Both the position numbers and the translations under genes were made by a program. Source: Trypanosoma brucei (taxonomy: Eukaryota). From it: a stretch of DNA of 64,000 bases. Location of the stretch: assembly GCA_000002445.1 (NCBI GenBank), contig CP000066.1, forward strand, positions 608,001 to 672,000, in the 5' to 3' direction. The notes under the pieces are model-generated. The model worked only from the letters and a program-made list of their open reading frames with translations, made no database searches and had not been told where the DNA came from. How positions within the stretch are numbered: position 1 is the first letter of the stretch; each line of letters starts with the position of its first letter. This document shows positions 23,198-34,420 of the stretch, piece after piece.

Positions 23198-24385
23198 TTA
23201 AAAAACTAGAAAAAATAACTTAAGTGGTTCTGGGAGGCGGTTTACACCGCTGGAGGTGAATAATCTTCGTATGGAAGTCACGCATTCGCTCCCATTCCAT
23301 TCGCACCGCGGCTTCTGTTCCAGGCAAGTTACCTTGCTTTCGAAACCAGAGCATCCTCTTTTAGAGGACGTAGTCGGTTTTTTCCCCTCCAGTCCATTAT
23401 CAGTATTATTGGATTCGTCCTTTTCTTTTTCGCTTGAATTGTTTGGGACAGGTCGTGCCCCCCTCTTCAATTCGTTTACTTGGTTTTGAATCTTCACGAG
23501 GTACTCCTCGGCTTGGATCAGTTCTTCCATTCTGGTTGCAGCTTCTCGCAACTTTAGATACCACGAAATTGTTGGCGTGCTTTCATTGACGTGTCTTGGG
23601 AGATATATTACGCATCGGCCATGGCCAACCTCGGTGCTTCCGTCGCAGCCGTTGTGTAAGTCGGCGCCGCGCGCGCCCAGTAAGTTTCGTGAATCCGATG
23701 AAGAGTCCGGTATTTCCTGGAGTTCGCCAAGGAAGAAAGCGACCGCCTCTGAGAGCGCTTGAAGCGGCCGAGTTTTCTCTCTCCTCACGTTGCTGCACTT
23801 GGGATGGAGCAAATTCCAGTGATCAGGAGAATTTCTCTGGGGTACCCATGATCCTACATAAGTGGTGTTGCATCCATCACAGCAAACCGCGCTGCCGCCT
23901 TTGCCTTCGCTGGATGCTGCACAGATGCACAGTAAATCAAGCGCCAGCGCATCACCCGCTTTATTTCCGGGCTGGCCGCCAGCTCTTCCACATAACTCCG
24001 ACCTCCCACCCCGCGTGCGCCCGACCACCACCTGTTTATGACCGTTGCCGTACAGCGCTTCTGTTAAATTTTTTCTGATAGCTGATAAGGCCCGGCCGTT
24101 CCATAAATCACCGTTCTCTTCCTTATATGTTTTCGCTTTTAGTTTAAGTTCCTCAAGTTTTTTAACATTTTCTTCGGGCGCTTCGGCCTCTCCCTGAATT
24201 TCGTCTTCTGTTTCCTTAACCTTGCGCTCCAGATCCTCCGGTGTTTGTGTATCCAGCGCAAGATTTACAAAACCACACAGCGCTTCGAATTCCTTTCCAT
24301 TCACAATGTTGTTTTCATGCGCCTTTGAATTGACGCAGATATGTTGCAGCGTTACCACCGCAACAAACACGATGTAACTCCTCAT
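23198..24385 (-). CDS. VSG-family surface glycoprotein (type-B-like N-terminal domain, VSG-like Cys-rich C-terminal domain, GPI signal)
   Basis: Start moved to ATG 24385 (MRSYIVFVAVVTLQHICVNS signal peptide). The ORF-track start 24553 adds an unlikely 56-aa leader. Internal ALALDLLCICA motif is shared with gene 29733-30845. C-terminus CSGFESKVTCLEQKPRCEWNGSECVTS resembles VSG C-terminal CKWE-type motifs. Hydrophobic tail LPEPLKLFFLVF. Confidence 0.6.
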   Translation of the reverse strand: MRSYIVFVAVVTLQHICVNSKAHENNIVNGKEFEALCGFVNLALDTQTPEDLERKVKETEDEIQGEAEAPEENVKKLEELKLKAKTYKEENGDLWNGRALSAIRKNLTEALYGNGHKQVVVGRTRGGRSELCGRAGGQPGNKAGDALALDLLCICAASSEGKGGSAVCCDGCNTTYVGSWVPQRNSPDHWNLLHPKCSNVRREKTRPLQALSEAVAFFLGELQEIPDSSSDSRNLLGARGADLHNGCDGSTEVGHGRCVIYLPRHVNESTPTISWYLKLREAATRMEELIQAEEYLVKIQNQVNELKRGARPVPNNSSEKEKDESNNTDNGLEGKKPTTSSKRGCSGFESKVTCLEQKPRCEWNGSECVTSIRRLFTSSGVNRLPEPLKLFFLVF

Positions 24386-24831
24386 CCCCAACAATTTCGT
24401 ATATGCCTTTTTGTTCACAATGATGTCACCTGTCTCCCCAGAAAATTCGAAAGATGACGTACCAAACTTAGCGAAAAATACACACATACCGCGTAGGTGA
24501 GGATCATGACGAATAAAAAGCTCTCTCGGCTTCTCTCCCCAGCACACACACAAAAAATTGTTACATAACGTTTCAGCTCCCTTGAGAAGTCATAGCATCA
24601 CAAGAGAGCTCCACATGGAAGCCACCGCTGCTATCTCGATAGCAGCATCAAAAAGCCAGACACAAATTCCAAAAAAAGAAGGTGATACCACCTTAATTAT
24701 TCATCCAAAGAAAAACGAATTCATATGCGATTGTTAATAAACCCACATATTGTTAAAATGAAACACACGTACACATAAAAGCAAAATATAAAAAAGATAC
24801 TGCACGACAATGTTGGTAGCGTACCAGTAAA

Positions 24832-26202
24832 CTAAGACATACAAAAAAGGGATAGAATCATTAATGTAAAAATATCAGTTGTTATATCTATATAGTTGAA
24901 TCCATTATTATTTACTTCAGCATTGCCACCTTCACCATCATCCTGACCTCGGTTACTTCGCCATAGCTCAGCATCACCACCTAGCTTCACCTCAAGAAAT
25001 ATTTCCTCTGCCTCATGTTGGTATTCTTCCAATTCGTGAAGATGACTGTCAGACTCTTTGGCATACTTTGCCATTTCTTGTAGTTGCTCGGTGGCGTTAG
25101 TAAGATGGTTGTACCAAGGGATCCCACCATTTTCAAGTGTGTAGTTGTAGCTGACACATGTGAATCCAGCAGTATGACCCGTGCAGGTGCGATTCTCGTT
25201 GTTTAATGTTTTCACATAACCAAGAATACCCTTCACCTGATACTTATCCTGTTCCATTTCCACTAACGCATCGAACTGAGCTAGCGCACTCTTTAAGGTT
25301 TTCACATTAGATGCAATATTCTTGTACACGCAAGCTTTACTAATCACATCCCATGCCTCAGTATGGTTGTATTTTATATTTTCAGGCTTGCAGGTATTAT
25401 AGTTGCTCGGACAATACTCAGCCATCATAGTCCAACTACCATTTTTAGGTCTCCTTATTGCATCCTTACAAGGACAGTCATATCCACTGTATATGTTTTC
25501 ACTACTTGAGCCAGTATCCATTTGGTATACGCGTGTCTGTCGCTCTTCCTTCTTTTTTTCTATAGCCTCTCCCACACATAGGCAAAAGAAGTCATTAATT
25601 AGTGTCTTTCCAACTAGCTTGTCTCCGTAAGAACCACAGCTTGCGTCCGCATTGTAGACACTATTGAACAACAGTGATTTGTTTCCCCTCATGGCTTCCT
25701 CCAGAGTTTTATTCTCATTTCTTGCCACATCCACAGCGTCGCCATACACAGCCCTCAGCATATTTTCTTCAGCAGAGCGACTTGCATTCAAGGCTTTTGT
25801 CCTATTCACCTCTATCTGCTCCTTAAGCTTTTTCGCCTTCTCAAATAGTTTCTTCATCTCCTGATATGCTGTCGTGCTGTTAGATGAATTGTTCGAGCCC
25901 TTATTGCCACCAGCAGCTTCTGCCTCACTGACCATTTCCTCCAAATTCTTCAGAATCTCTCCTTCCTTCTCACGATTCTTAAAGGAGGGTTGCGGGGCCT
26001 CTGCTTGCGTGATTCGGTAAATCTTGCACAGTGTTTCGAACTCACCAACGTTGTGATGTTTTTCATCTGCATCGACGGTCTCCATAATCCTATCCCAGTC
26101 AAGCATATCAGTTCTCCATCGATATTCTGCCATATCACCCTGAGAGGAAGGAGATAAAACAACCACAAGCATCCCAACGGCAAACACTGTTTCGTGTCTC
26201 AT
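24832..26202 (-). CDS. VSG-related surface glycoprotein (B-type N-terminal domain-like)
   Basis: Start moved to ATG 26202 (MRHETVFAVGMLVVVLSPSSQG signal peptide). Long alpha-helical Ala/Glu/Lys-rich N-domain. Cys pattern FFCLCVGEAI, DCPCKD, YCPSNYNTCK. Many NxS/T sites. Short hydrophobic C-terminus (IFTLMILSLFCMS). Confidence 0.55.
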   Translation of the reverse strand: MRHETVFAVGMLVVVLSPSSQGDMAEYRWRTDMLDWDRIMETVDADEKHHNVGEFETLCKIYRITQAEAPQPSFKNREKEGEILKNLEEMVSEAEAAGGNKGSNNSSNSTTAYQEMKKLFEKAKKLKEQIEVNRTKALNASRSAEENMLRAVYGDAVDVARNENKTLEEAMRGNKSLLFNSVYNADASCGSYGDKLVGKTLINDFFCLCVGEAIEKKKEERQTRVYQMDTGSSSENIYSGYDCPCKDAIRRPKNGSWTMMAEYCPSNYNTCKPENIKYNHTEAWDVISKACVYKNIASNVKTLKSALAQFDALVEMEQDKYQVKGILGYVKTLNNENRTCTGHTAGFTCVSYNYTLENGGIPWYNHLTNATEQLQEMAKYAKESDSHLHELEEYQHEAEEIFLEVKLGGDAELWRSNRGQDDGEGGNAEVNNNGFNYIDITTDIFTLMILSLFCMS

Positions 26203-27418
26203 CGTGATTTTGCCTCTACAATCATCAGTCAAAAGGAGGGAAAAAAATCTTATTATCACGTTCATTACTGTTATTGACAAACACAACAAACATGGAGATA
26301 CATCAATGTATCGAAGTTAACAAGTGCCCGACACAAGTCAACCGAAACAGTATCCAACAAAACAGGAAGCACATCCCAATACATACAGTTAGATGAGTGT
26401 ATTCTTTCAAGCTGGACATCAACGTTAGACTTCCTCACAACTGCGGTATTCTCCTTTTCGTTACACCATTTCTCCTAATTTCCTCCCCAAAAAATCTGCT
26501 TTATTTGATACCATGCCAGTATATCCAATTTTCCAACTGAGTTCCTCTTGCACTCCCTTGATTTCCTCAATAATAAGCTGATCCATTCTCTTAATGAAGA
26601 CTTGCACCTTTATGCCATGTTTTTTTCCACATCCTTCATTGGATCTGTTAGTTTAAGTTGCCATTTTATGGTCTTATTTGCTAATAGATTACGTGCTTAA
26701 TTCGCACGTGTTACCTTTATCCAATGCACACAACTCTGCTGCTGAACTCCACTCAGCATATCCTCCTCCACTCATACGCATACTCACAAAACTTTTTGTT
26801 TACCTATTCTTGACCATGCACAGTTTCCTGCCTTCCATTTTCTTAAGCCATACACTAGAAAAGATAAAAGTTGTATTTTCAAAACACCATCTCGGATACT
26901 TATGCTCACTATTGAGGCCCTTGATTATATGGTGACATGATGGAATATTATGGTATTTTCCAACACAAAAAAGTCCCAGAATAATTAGTGACCTTCCCTG
27001 TCAGCACCCTCATTTAGATCGTTCACCTCATTAACCAGCCACCATCCTTATAGATACGCTGGTAGAAAAAAACGGAAGTTATGCACGTTATCGCCCATCC
27101 CCTCAACGAATTCTATCCACCCTTACCCCACACAGGTTTTTTGCATAAGAAACGACAAACAAGAAACAAAACTACTCTTGTGAGCACAAAACCAAATATT
27201 TCTTCCTTACTTCACATGCAGAAAGAATTAACACACCCCACTACCCTACAACACAAATGGTGGAGGGACAGCCATAGTCACTACCACTCACAATTAAGAT
27301 AACCCAGACAGGGAAACTCCAGATAAAGAAATGCCCAGTTACGAGAAAGATCCTAGCGCGCACACGTAAAGATATTTCATTTATTATGGAACAGGGAGAA
27401 TATTAATGAAAGTACTTT

Positions 27419-28393
27419 TCAGATGGTAAAATTAGTACTCTTCATATTATCAATGTTATTCGTGCTGAACTGCAGCGAAGTGAAATTCCTATGGATATCG
27501 TTGAAGTAGCTCTGCAGTAAAGTGATATTGGCCATCATATCCAGGAGTTCAGGAGGTGCTTTGCCAGAAGTAAAAGGTTCGATAAGAGGGTCAAATATCT
27601 CCTCCACGTAAATTTGGAGCTGAAAAAAAGCGGGGCCGTTCTCACGCCAGTTTATTAAGCCAGTTGAATTCTTCACCGCACCACCCTTATATAAGTTGTC
27701 ACGCGGTAAGTTCAAGCATTTGCTCACAGATCCAGATCCAGTTAAAACATCAATTTGAAGGCAACCTCCCCTGTATTTTTGGAGAGTGATCTCGTTCACA
27801 CCGGTTAATAAAGGACATGTCTGATCAACACATACGACTGGGAACCCCCTGACACCTTTCAGCGCTCCTTTCTTGCACTCGGGTCCTTCATCATTGCTCA
27901 CGGCTTTAACGTCATCCCACACAGTTCTTGCGATCTCAGCAATAGCTGTGTAATATTTATTTGATGTTATGAGGGCACCAGGTATTGCATTCCTCACTGC
28001 CCTCACGCTTTCATTAACCTCAGCAAATAATCCACCTGCCTTAGCAACAAGATCTCCCATTGCATTTCCATAAGATATAAGGTTTTCCAATTTATCATTT
28101 TCCTCTACCATTACACTGCTAATAACACTCAAATATATAACACTTTCGCCTGTTTTCCCTTCCATGTCATCCAGCATACGAGACGCATTTGCGTATACCT
28201 CCTCATTCAAAAAAAGCTTCCTCTCGCCATCTGTATATAGTTTGTTTAAGGCATCTGAAAGACATTTGAGGTAACATACGGATTGGTTTAAGTTTGTGCC
28301 CTTGTCATCATCTATTGATGTGCAATAACTTTCTTCTGCCACTCCAAAGGTCACAAAAAAAAAAACAACCAATCCTACAATCTTAATTTTCAT
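27419..28393 (-). CDS. ESAG/VSG-related secreted glycoprotein lacking C-terminal anchor signal
   Basis: Start moved to ATG 28393 (MKIKIVGLVVFFFVTFGVA signal peptide). An alternative ATG at 28579 is also possible. Cys-containing N-terminal region (SYCTSIDDD, VCYLKCL). At least 8 NxS/T sequons. Ends in a hydrophilic NMKSTNFTI with no GPI/TM tail. Confidence 0.45.
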   Translation of the reverse strand: MKIKIVGLVVFFFVTFGVAEESYCTSIDDDKGTNLNQSVCYLKCLSDALNKLYTDGERKLFLNEEVYANASRMLDDMEGKTGESVIYLSVISSVMVEENDKLENLISYGNAMGDLVAKAGGLFAEVNESVRAVRNAIPGALITSNKYYTAIAEIARTVWDDVKAVSNDEGPECKKGALKGVRGFPVVCVDQTCPLLTGVNEITLQKYRGGCLQIDVLTGSGSVSKCLNLPRDNLYKGGAVKNSTGLINWRENGPAFFQLQIYVEEIFDPLIEPFTSGKAPPELLDMMANITLLQSYFNDIHRNFTSLQFSTNNIDNMKSTNFTI

Positions 28394-29732
28394 TACTAAA
28401 CAATTACATTTGACAAGAGGAATGAAAAAAACACATACACATCGCCACACAAAACCAATGAGTGTCACAAATGTATAATCCCAATACCCACAGTGTTTCA
28501 TACACATAACATTGAACCACATAATAAATATTGCTACAAGAGACGTTAAACCCAACAGAATATGATGCTCCTTCTTCATTGTCAATCCTCCTTCATCCGT
28601 CACATCGTCATCATCCTCACTTCCATTGCATTTCCTCCCACTCTCCTTGAAATATTTACACACAATCAGGTTTTGAGATAGCAACTCTTTCAGTTTATTT
28701 TCATGCCCAGTAAAGGAAACAAAGATCAGCTCTACATCACCGTACCGTTTGGTGATACTCCCATATCATTTTGTGACTAAATTGTAGCTGTTGATAAGCT
28801 AGGGCACTATATCACTGAACATTAGGGTGACAACACCATCCCTATGGTAGTTAACGAAACCTCCGGTAGTTCCCACTATGAAAGTTCCAACTCCTGCAAC
28901 CGCAGCACCTTACGTACCCATGATCCAGCAATTGATGGTTGCTATCGGTTGTAAATTCAATTGGTTGATTAGCTGTGTAATTATTTGTGCAACCAATATA
29001 CCATCATTTGGCATATCTTCAGTGAAAGAGAAATTACACATGTTAGGAGATTCCGCTACTCTGTGCTTATGTTAATTACTTTAACATTCATTTCCTGAAG
29101 AGGCGGCTTTCTCCTTCACAAGACAACAACCATTTGCTTTAGCATTTGTTTGTCTAAAAACCATTACCAGATCCTTCAACACTTGTCCAATTGACAATGA
29201 TGCATTCACAACATGATTAGACACTCTTATTTCGTTTAAATAACTTGCGTCTATTACCTGTCCAGGTTCATCTGTATTCTTCATTATATTCCTCAACCTC
29301 TACGTTATCGCTTTCCATGCCCTTCCCTTTACATCATAGTGATATCACCACATCAGAAACCCATTCAACATTTACATAGCCTCCGATTGTCATCTTCAAA
29401 ACACTAACACTCACAGTCCCCAAGGCACAACTGAAGCTAAATACCGTTTGTGTCCCTTGACGGACACCTCAACTCAGTGCCAGGGTCTAGCACCCTGCTC
29501 AGGTAAGAGAAAAAAAGCGACAGCATCCTACTCCATTAGGATTAAGTTCAGACGGAAAATCCAAGGCTTCAATTCACAATGGAGCACACACCGTAAACGT
29601 TACAGGACAAGCATTATTCTTGGAAATAAAATAGGCACAGTTGCTGTGCCGTCAACTATACCAAAAAGAAATCCACTATTATTACCATTAGTGTTAGTAT
29701 TGGCGCAGTGGAGCCACATATGATGTTGTGTG

Positions 29733-30845
29733 TCACAGCAGAAAGAGCAAAAACACCACCAACGGTGAAATAGCCTGAGCGACATTTTTCGGCCGAAGTG
29801 GCTGGTGTGAGGGTTGGAGTGAGTGATTGGTTCTTGTTTCACCAAGAGGAACCAAGTCAGGGTCGGTGGTGCTTTGTGTAGCTGCACTTGTGTTGGGTGC
29901 CATTGGTGTATTGCCATCAGTTGCCGTTGAGGGAGATTGCTTGGGACGTTGCTCGGGAGATGGATCCTCCTCTGGTTGTACCTTTATTTCCGGGGGTGAC
30001 TGACGGGGTGGTGAGCCTCTTGTTGGAATAGGCGGTTCCCTCTGCTCCTGCGGTGGCATTTTGTTGACTTTTTGTGCATTTTCCTTTTTAGGGGTTTTCA
30101 ACCTTTTGACAAGGTCTTCTAGTTGTGTCAACCACTCAATTTTGACTTGATTTGCTCCTCCGCCTTCCATTTTATAGAAAACACATGGGGCGTTATTTGC
30201 ACTGCCAGACCCTCCACAAGATTTGGTGATCGGCTCCCGCCCGTGTCCGAAGCGCTTAGTTTCCCTCTCTGTTGTTTTCTCGGTCATTTCATTCAGTTTT
30301 TTCCTAAGATTTTGGACGGTTGTGGTTAATGATTCAAAACCGATGCTTTCTATATTAATTTGCTCGGTGCACTTTTGCTTGATTTTCCCCCAACTTTCTT
30401 CGGCTCTGTCCTTGTTTCCCCAACTTTCGGCAGGATCATACCACGCATTGGCTTCGTAGCACAGATTTTTTTGGTGGTCACCGTTTCCGCTGGGTCTGCA
30501 AAGACACAGAAGGTCCAGCGCTAACGCTTTGCCTCCAAATCCGCCTCCGAATATGCTGGTGTAGCCACAGTCAGCTTCTCGTTTTTCTTTTCCAGTCCAA
30601 TTAAGGGAGCCATCGCTGTCACTACCGTACAAGACTTTCATCGCGGAACTGTCGAAGTCGTTTGCGACCTCGGCTGTGAGTCTCTCTTTCTCCACCCACT
30701 CGTGTATTCTCAGTGTCAAATTTAAGAAACTGCAGAGCACGTCAAACTCCCTTTGGTTCAACGTATTTTCTATCTCTGCGGCCGGCACGCTCAACCCTGC
30801 CGCCTTCCAAACCACGCACAGCATAGTCACTAATATTTTCCACAT
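29733..30845 (-). CDS. VSG-family surface glycoprotein with Pro/Ser/Thr-rich stalk and GPI signal
   Basis: Start moved to ATG 30845 (MWKILVTMLCVVWKAAGLS signal peptide). ALALDLLCLC motif, paralogous to gene 23198-24385. C-terminal 100 aa Pro/Gln/Ser/Thr-rich. Hydrophobic tail AISPLVVFLLFLL. Confidence 0.55.
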   Translation of the reverse strand: MWKILVTMLCVVWKAAGLSVPAAEIENTLNQREFDVLCSFLNLTLRIHEWVEKERLTAEVANDFDSSAMKVLYGSDSDGSLNWTGKEKREADCGYTSIFGGGFGGKALALDLLCLCRPSGNGDHQKNLCYEANAWYDPAESWGNKDRAEESWGKIKQKCTEQINIESIGFESLTTTVQNLRKKLNEMTEKTTERETKRFGHGREPITKSCGGSGSANNAPCVFYKMEGGGANQVKIEWLTQLEDLVKRLKTPKKENAQKVNKMPPQEQREPPIPTRGSPPRQSPPEIKVQPEEDPSPEQRPKQSPSTATDGNTPMAPNTSAATQSTTDPDLVPLGETRTNHSLQPSHQPLRPKNVAQAISPLVVFLLFLL

Positions 30846-31156
30846 CGCCTTCCTAAGCATCAATAAAAAAAATGAAACAGATAGTAGAGAAATCTCCAAT
30901 GAGAGGGGCAGGGACACTTTTAAAGGGTGAAAGTTTAACCCTATTAGGTATTTCATGAAACATCAGCAGAGGTCAACCAGAGAAGATATGAAAGCTCATA
31001 TCTCCATAGACTACATTTATTTTTTTAAAAGTCTCTTTACCATCCCAAGACTAGTTTGGCACTTAAGTTTACTTCTGGTTTTGATACTTGCTGCCATTGT
31101 CTTAACCTATCTGCCTTAAAGTTTTGATAACATCAAGGGTTTCCGCTCTTTTTTGG

Positions 31157-31389
31157 GGGCCTCCATCTTCAAATGCATCATTTCTGATCCTTCCGTCACA
31201 TTGTTTGCGGGAGCACTTTACCCTTCCTAACTTTCCCTAGTGAGATGTGGCTGCAGGAGAGCTTTTTCATATGTGGAAATAAAACCACGCGGCTATCCGC
31301 ATATTTGACCCCATATCACGCCGTTATGTTTTTACGAAGAATACCCACCCTTGTGCCATTAAAGCAATAACGTTTTTTTTGTAAAAATG
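31157..31389. repeat. inverted repeat, right arm (IR-R), about 233 bp
   Basis: Reverse complement of IR-L (22153-22389). Arms are separated by 8767 bp. Confidence 0.85.
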
Positions 31390-32906
31390 CGATTAATTAT
31401 TAACATGACTATTGAAAACGCTATTGTGATGTTGAACATGGTTTACCGTTTCAATTCAATTATTTCACCACAACAATAGCCAAATAATACACGATCTACC
31501 AAACAAACGCAACAGAAAGGCATTCACCAACTTCAGAAAAAAAATTTATTCAAACGGTTTTCAAACAGTACATATCCTACCATTCCCACCCAAAACACCT
31601 CAGAAACTGTTGATTTTCAAGGTAAATCACAAATCGAAACATAAGCAGCAAACTACCCCACCCATACAAATACACGAGAATAAATGTGGTATAACAATAC
31701 CAGATAAGCTCGGTGACCGTATCCTACACCAAAATAGGTATTAATAACAATGTGAGGCTTGGGCACAAAATATGAAGGGCCATTGATTCCGCCTTTTTTC
31801 TTAGGGCAGAGGAGTTCTGTTCCCTTTCATTGGTGATGAGGCTATTATTATCACCCCAAAACCAGTTTTTTTTATCACTGCCTCTCCATGTGGATATTTT
31901 CCTTGTCTGGCGACCCGGCACTCACTTTTTTCTGCTTTTCTTAGGTGATGTTAATTGATTGCCTTACAGCCTATACCATTTATCTATTCACGAACGTTAC
32001 TGTTGGGAGGCGGTTATACGGAGACAATGTCAACGTGCCAAATTCGAGTACGCAGAGATCCACCACATGCCAAAGGTAAAACTATGCGCCATGCTACAAC
32101 AATGCATCGAGCTTCAAAACACTTCTCCACTACAAAAATCTCCCCCCAGTTCTGACGCTATGTTTTATTGAGCACAATTTCGTAGATGAGGGCGAGCCCT
32201 GGACGTTTATCGCCCACCATCCCACTACCTTATGTAACGTGACGGACAGCAACCGAACAAAAGGGTCGTATCCTTTCGTTTTCTACACATATCACTTTGA
32301 ATCCGAGAAGGAGTTCAACAGATGACAAACATAATGCAGTACGTACTAAAACAAAAAACACTTTTTACTTGAATCCCTATATCAACTCACAATCGACAGC
32401 ACATATTCGACATTAACTAACTCCATCATTAAAATACACTCCACTCTAACACAGAAACAACCCAATGTGATGCTTAGTTACCATAACAAAGGAATACGCC
32501 TCACGTTTCACAAACATGGGTACGAAGTCATTCCACCCTAGTACACACATTTGGTCACCTCACATTAATAACCTGTTTCTTAAACGCGTAAGGCGTTGTT
32601 TAAATTTCACGTTGTCATATAATATAATATTCCATACATAATTCTGCCTGCAGAGTCCACACCATATCGACAGCTGCCTTCATTTTGTTTCAGTGCAAAC
32701 GCCTAAACCCCTTCTAAAGGAGTCTGGCGTAGTATAAAGATATACAATGCTACAAATACCAGAGCAGCTAGATTGAAACACAGGTGGTGAGGAACTATCG
32801 GCATCTGGGGATGAATGACTTCATTCAAATGGGCATGCACGAATGCAGCACCTTTGAAGGGACAAAAACTCGTTTTAGAAAGAAAACTGACAAATAATTT
32901 GTACTC

Positions 32907-33563
32907 TCAGAGAAATAGGAGCAACACTGGAAAAAAAACCTGGTAGATAGGTGGTTGCAGCGGCTGAGATTTGCTTTTCTGCTGTTCCGGGGGGCGAACA
33001 GAGGAAGTTCCGTTACGTTCGCTGCCAAAAGTGGAGGAGACAGTACCTTTATTTTCGGATTTGAGGTGGCCGTCATCCTTAGAGGGTGAACCATTTTCCT
33101 CCTTTTTAGGGGTCGCAGAAACCGAACTACCATTTCTCACCGGCTCTTCAGAAAGCACAGGGCCGTACTCGGATGATGGAGGTGCCTCACCTTTGTTAGA
33201 GGCCTCGTCGCGACTTGAGTCTCCACCCGCTTCCACAACTGGTGAAGCGACTTCGGGTGTTGAGAGCCCAAGGAACTCACTAACCTTTGCGGTTACACAT
33301 CTGTGCGGTGAAAAGCAGGTCAATCCCCCGCCGCAAACGGTACAGTTCCCCTCTGCAGGTGCGCCCGAAGGAACCCTGTGTGCCAGGGTGCAGTTTTTCT
33401 GTGCATACGTCATGAGACGATTCTCCTCGTTTCTAGTTATACGGCTTTCAATTCCCAATACTTCCGTGCACTTACCCACATATCCAATTCTTCCCTCCCA
33501 TACATTCTCACACATGGCCACACGTTGAACGAAACCGAACAGTATTATTGGTAGGCACAGCAT
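32907..33563 (-). CDS. array copy 1: small Cys-rich / Ser-rich putatively GPI-anchored surface protein (218 aa)
   Basis: Signal peptide MLCLPIILFGFVQRVAMC. Seven Cys in the first 85 aa (NCTVCGGGLTCFSPHRC). Ser/Pro/Glu-rich low-complexity middle. Hydrophobic C-terminus VFFPVLLLFL. Confidence 0.55.
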   Translation of the reverse strand: MLCLPIILFGFVQRVAMCENVWEGRIGYVGKCTEVLGIESRITRNEENRLMTYAQKNCTLAHRVPSGAPAEGNCTVCGGGLTCFSPHRCVTAKVSEFLGLSTPEVASPVVEAGGDSSRDEASNKGEAPPSSEYGPVLSEEPVRNGSSVSATPKKEENGSPSKDDGHLKSENKGTVSSTFGSERNGTSSVRPPEQQKSKSQPLQPPIYQVFFPVLLLFL

Positions 33564-34420
33564 TTCAGAATTCTACACTGCCTGAGTTGCTCCAACACCA
33601 GCGCAAAGAAAAATAATAAACACCTCATACATAACATATATCATACAGTTATGTGTGTTTATACTTTGTTTCAAAATATATCGTATTGAATACAAATAGC
33701 AGACACATGACACGAAAAAATCCCATTAAGCGTTAACATGACATAAAATACCCTATTCAGATGCAACCGAACAAAAGGGTCGTATCCTTTCATTTTCTAC
33801 GCATATCACTTTTGATCCAAGATACGGTTAAACAGGTGACAAACATAATGCAGTACGTACTAAAACAAAAAACACTTTTTACTTGAATCCCTATATCAAC
33901 TCACAATCGACAACACATATTCGACATTAACTAACTCCATCATTAAAATACACTCCACTCTAACACAGAAACAACCCAATGTGATGCTTAGTTACCATAA
34001 CAAAGGAATACGCCTCACGTTTCACAAACATGGGTACGAAGTCATTCCACCCTAGTACACACATTTGGTCACCTCACATTAATAACCTGTTTCTTAAACG
34101 CGTAAGGCGTTGTTTAAATTTCACGTTGTCATATAATATAATATTCCATACATAATTCTGCCTGCAGAGTCCACACCATATCGACAGCTGCCTTCATCTT
34201 ACTTCCAAACAAACGCCTAAAACTCTTCTAAAGGAGTCTGGCGTAGCATAAAGATATACAATGACGCAAACACCAAAGAAGCTAGATTGAAACACAGGTG
34301 GGGAGGAACTATCGGCATCTGGGGATGAATGACTTCATTCAAATGGGCATGCACGAATGCAGCACCTTTGAAGGGACAAAAACTCGTTTTAGAAAGAAAA
34401 CTGACAAATAATTTGTACTC

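Noticed and set aside
23596-24078. 160-aa plus-strand ORF and other short ORFs antisense to the VSG-like gene
   Set aside because: Arg/Cys-rich antisense artefacts inside a much longer minus-strand gene with clear domain architecture.
32825-33133. 102-aa minus-strand ORFs overlapping the 3' end of each array gene in another frame
   Set aside because: Alternative frame across the gene end and 3'UTR, with no features of a real protein. Used only as a marker of copy-to-copy differences.
32971-33528. 185-aa plus-strand ORFs (repeated at 34485, 35999, 37513) antisense to the array genes
   Set aside because: They are the complementary-strand shadow of the Ser/Pro/Glu-rich stalk coding region. They have no signal peptide or start context, and the minus-strand ORF has the coherent signal peptide plus GPI-tail architecture.
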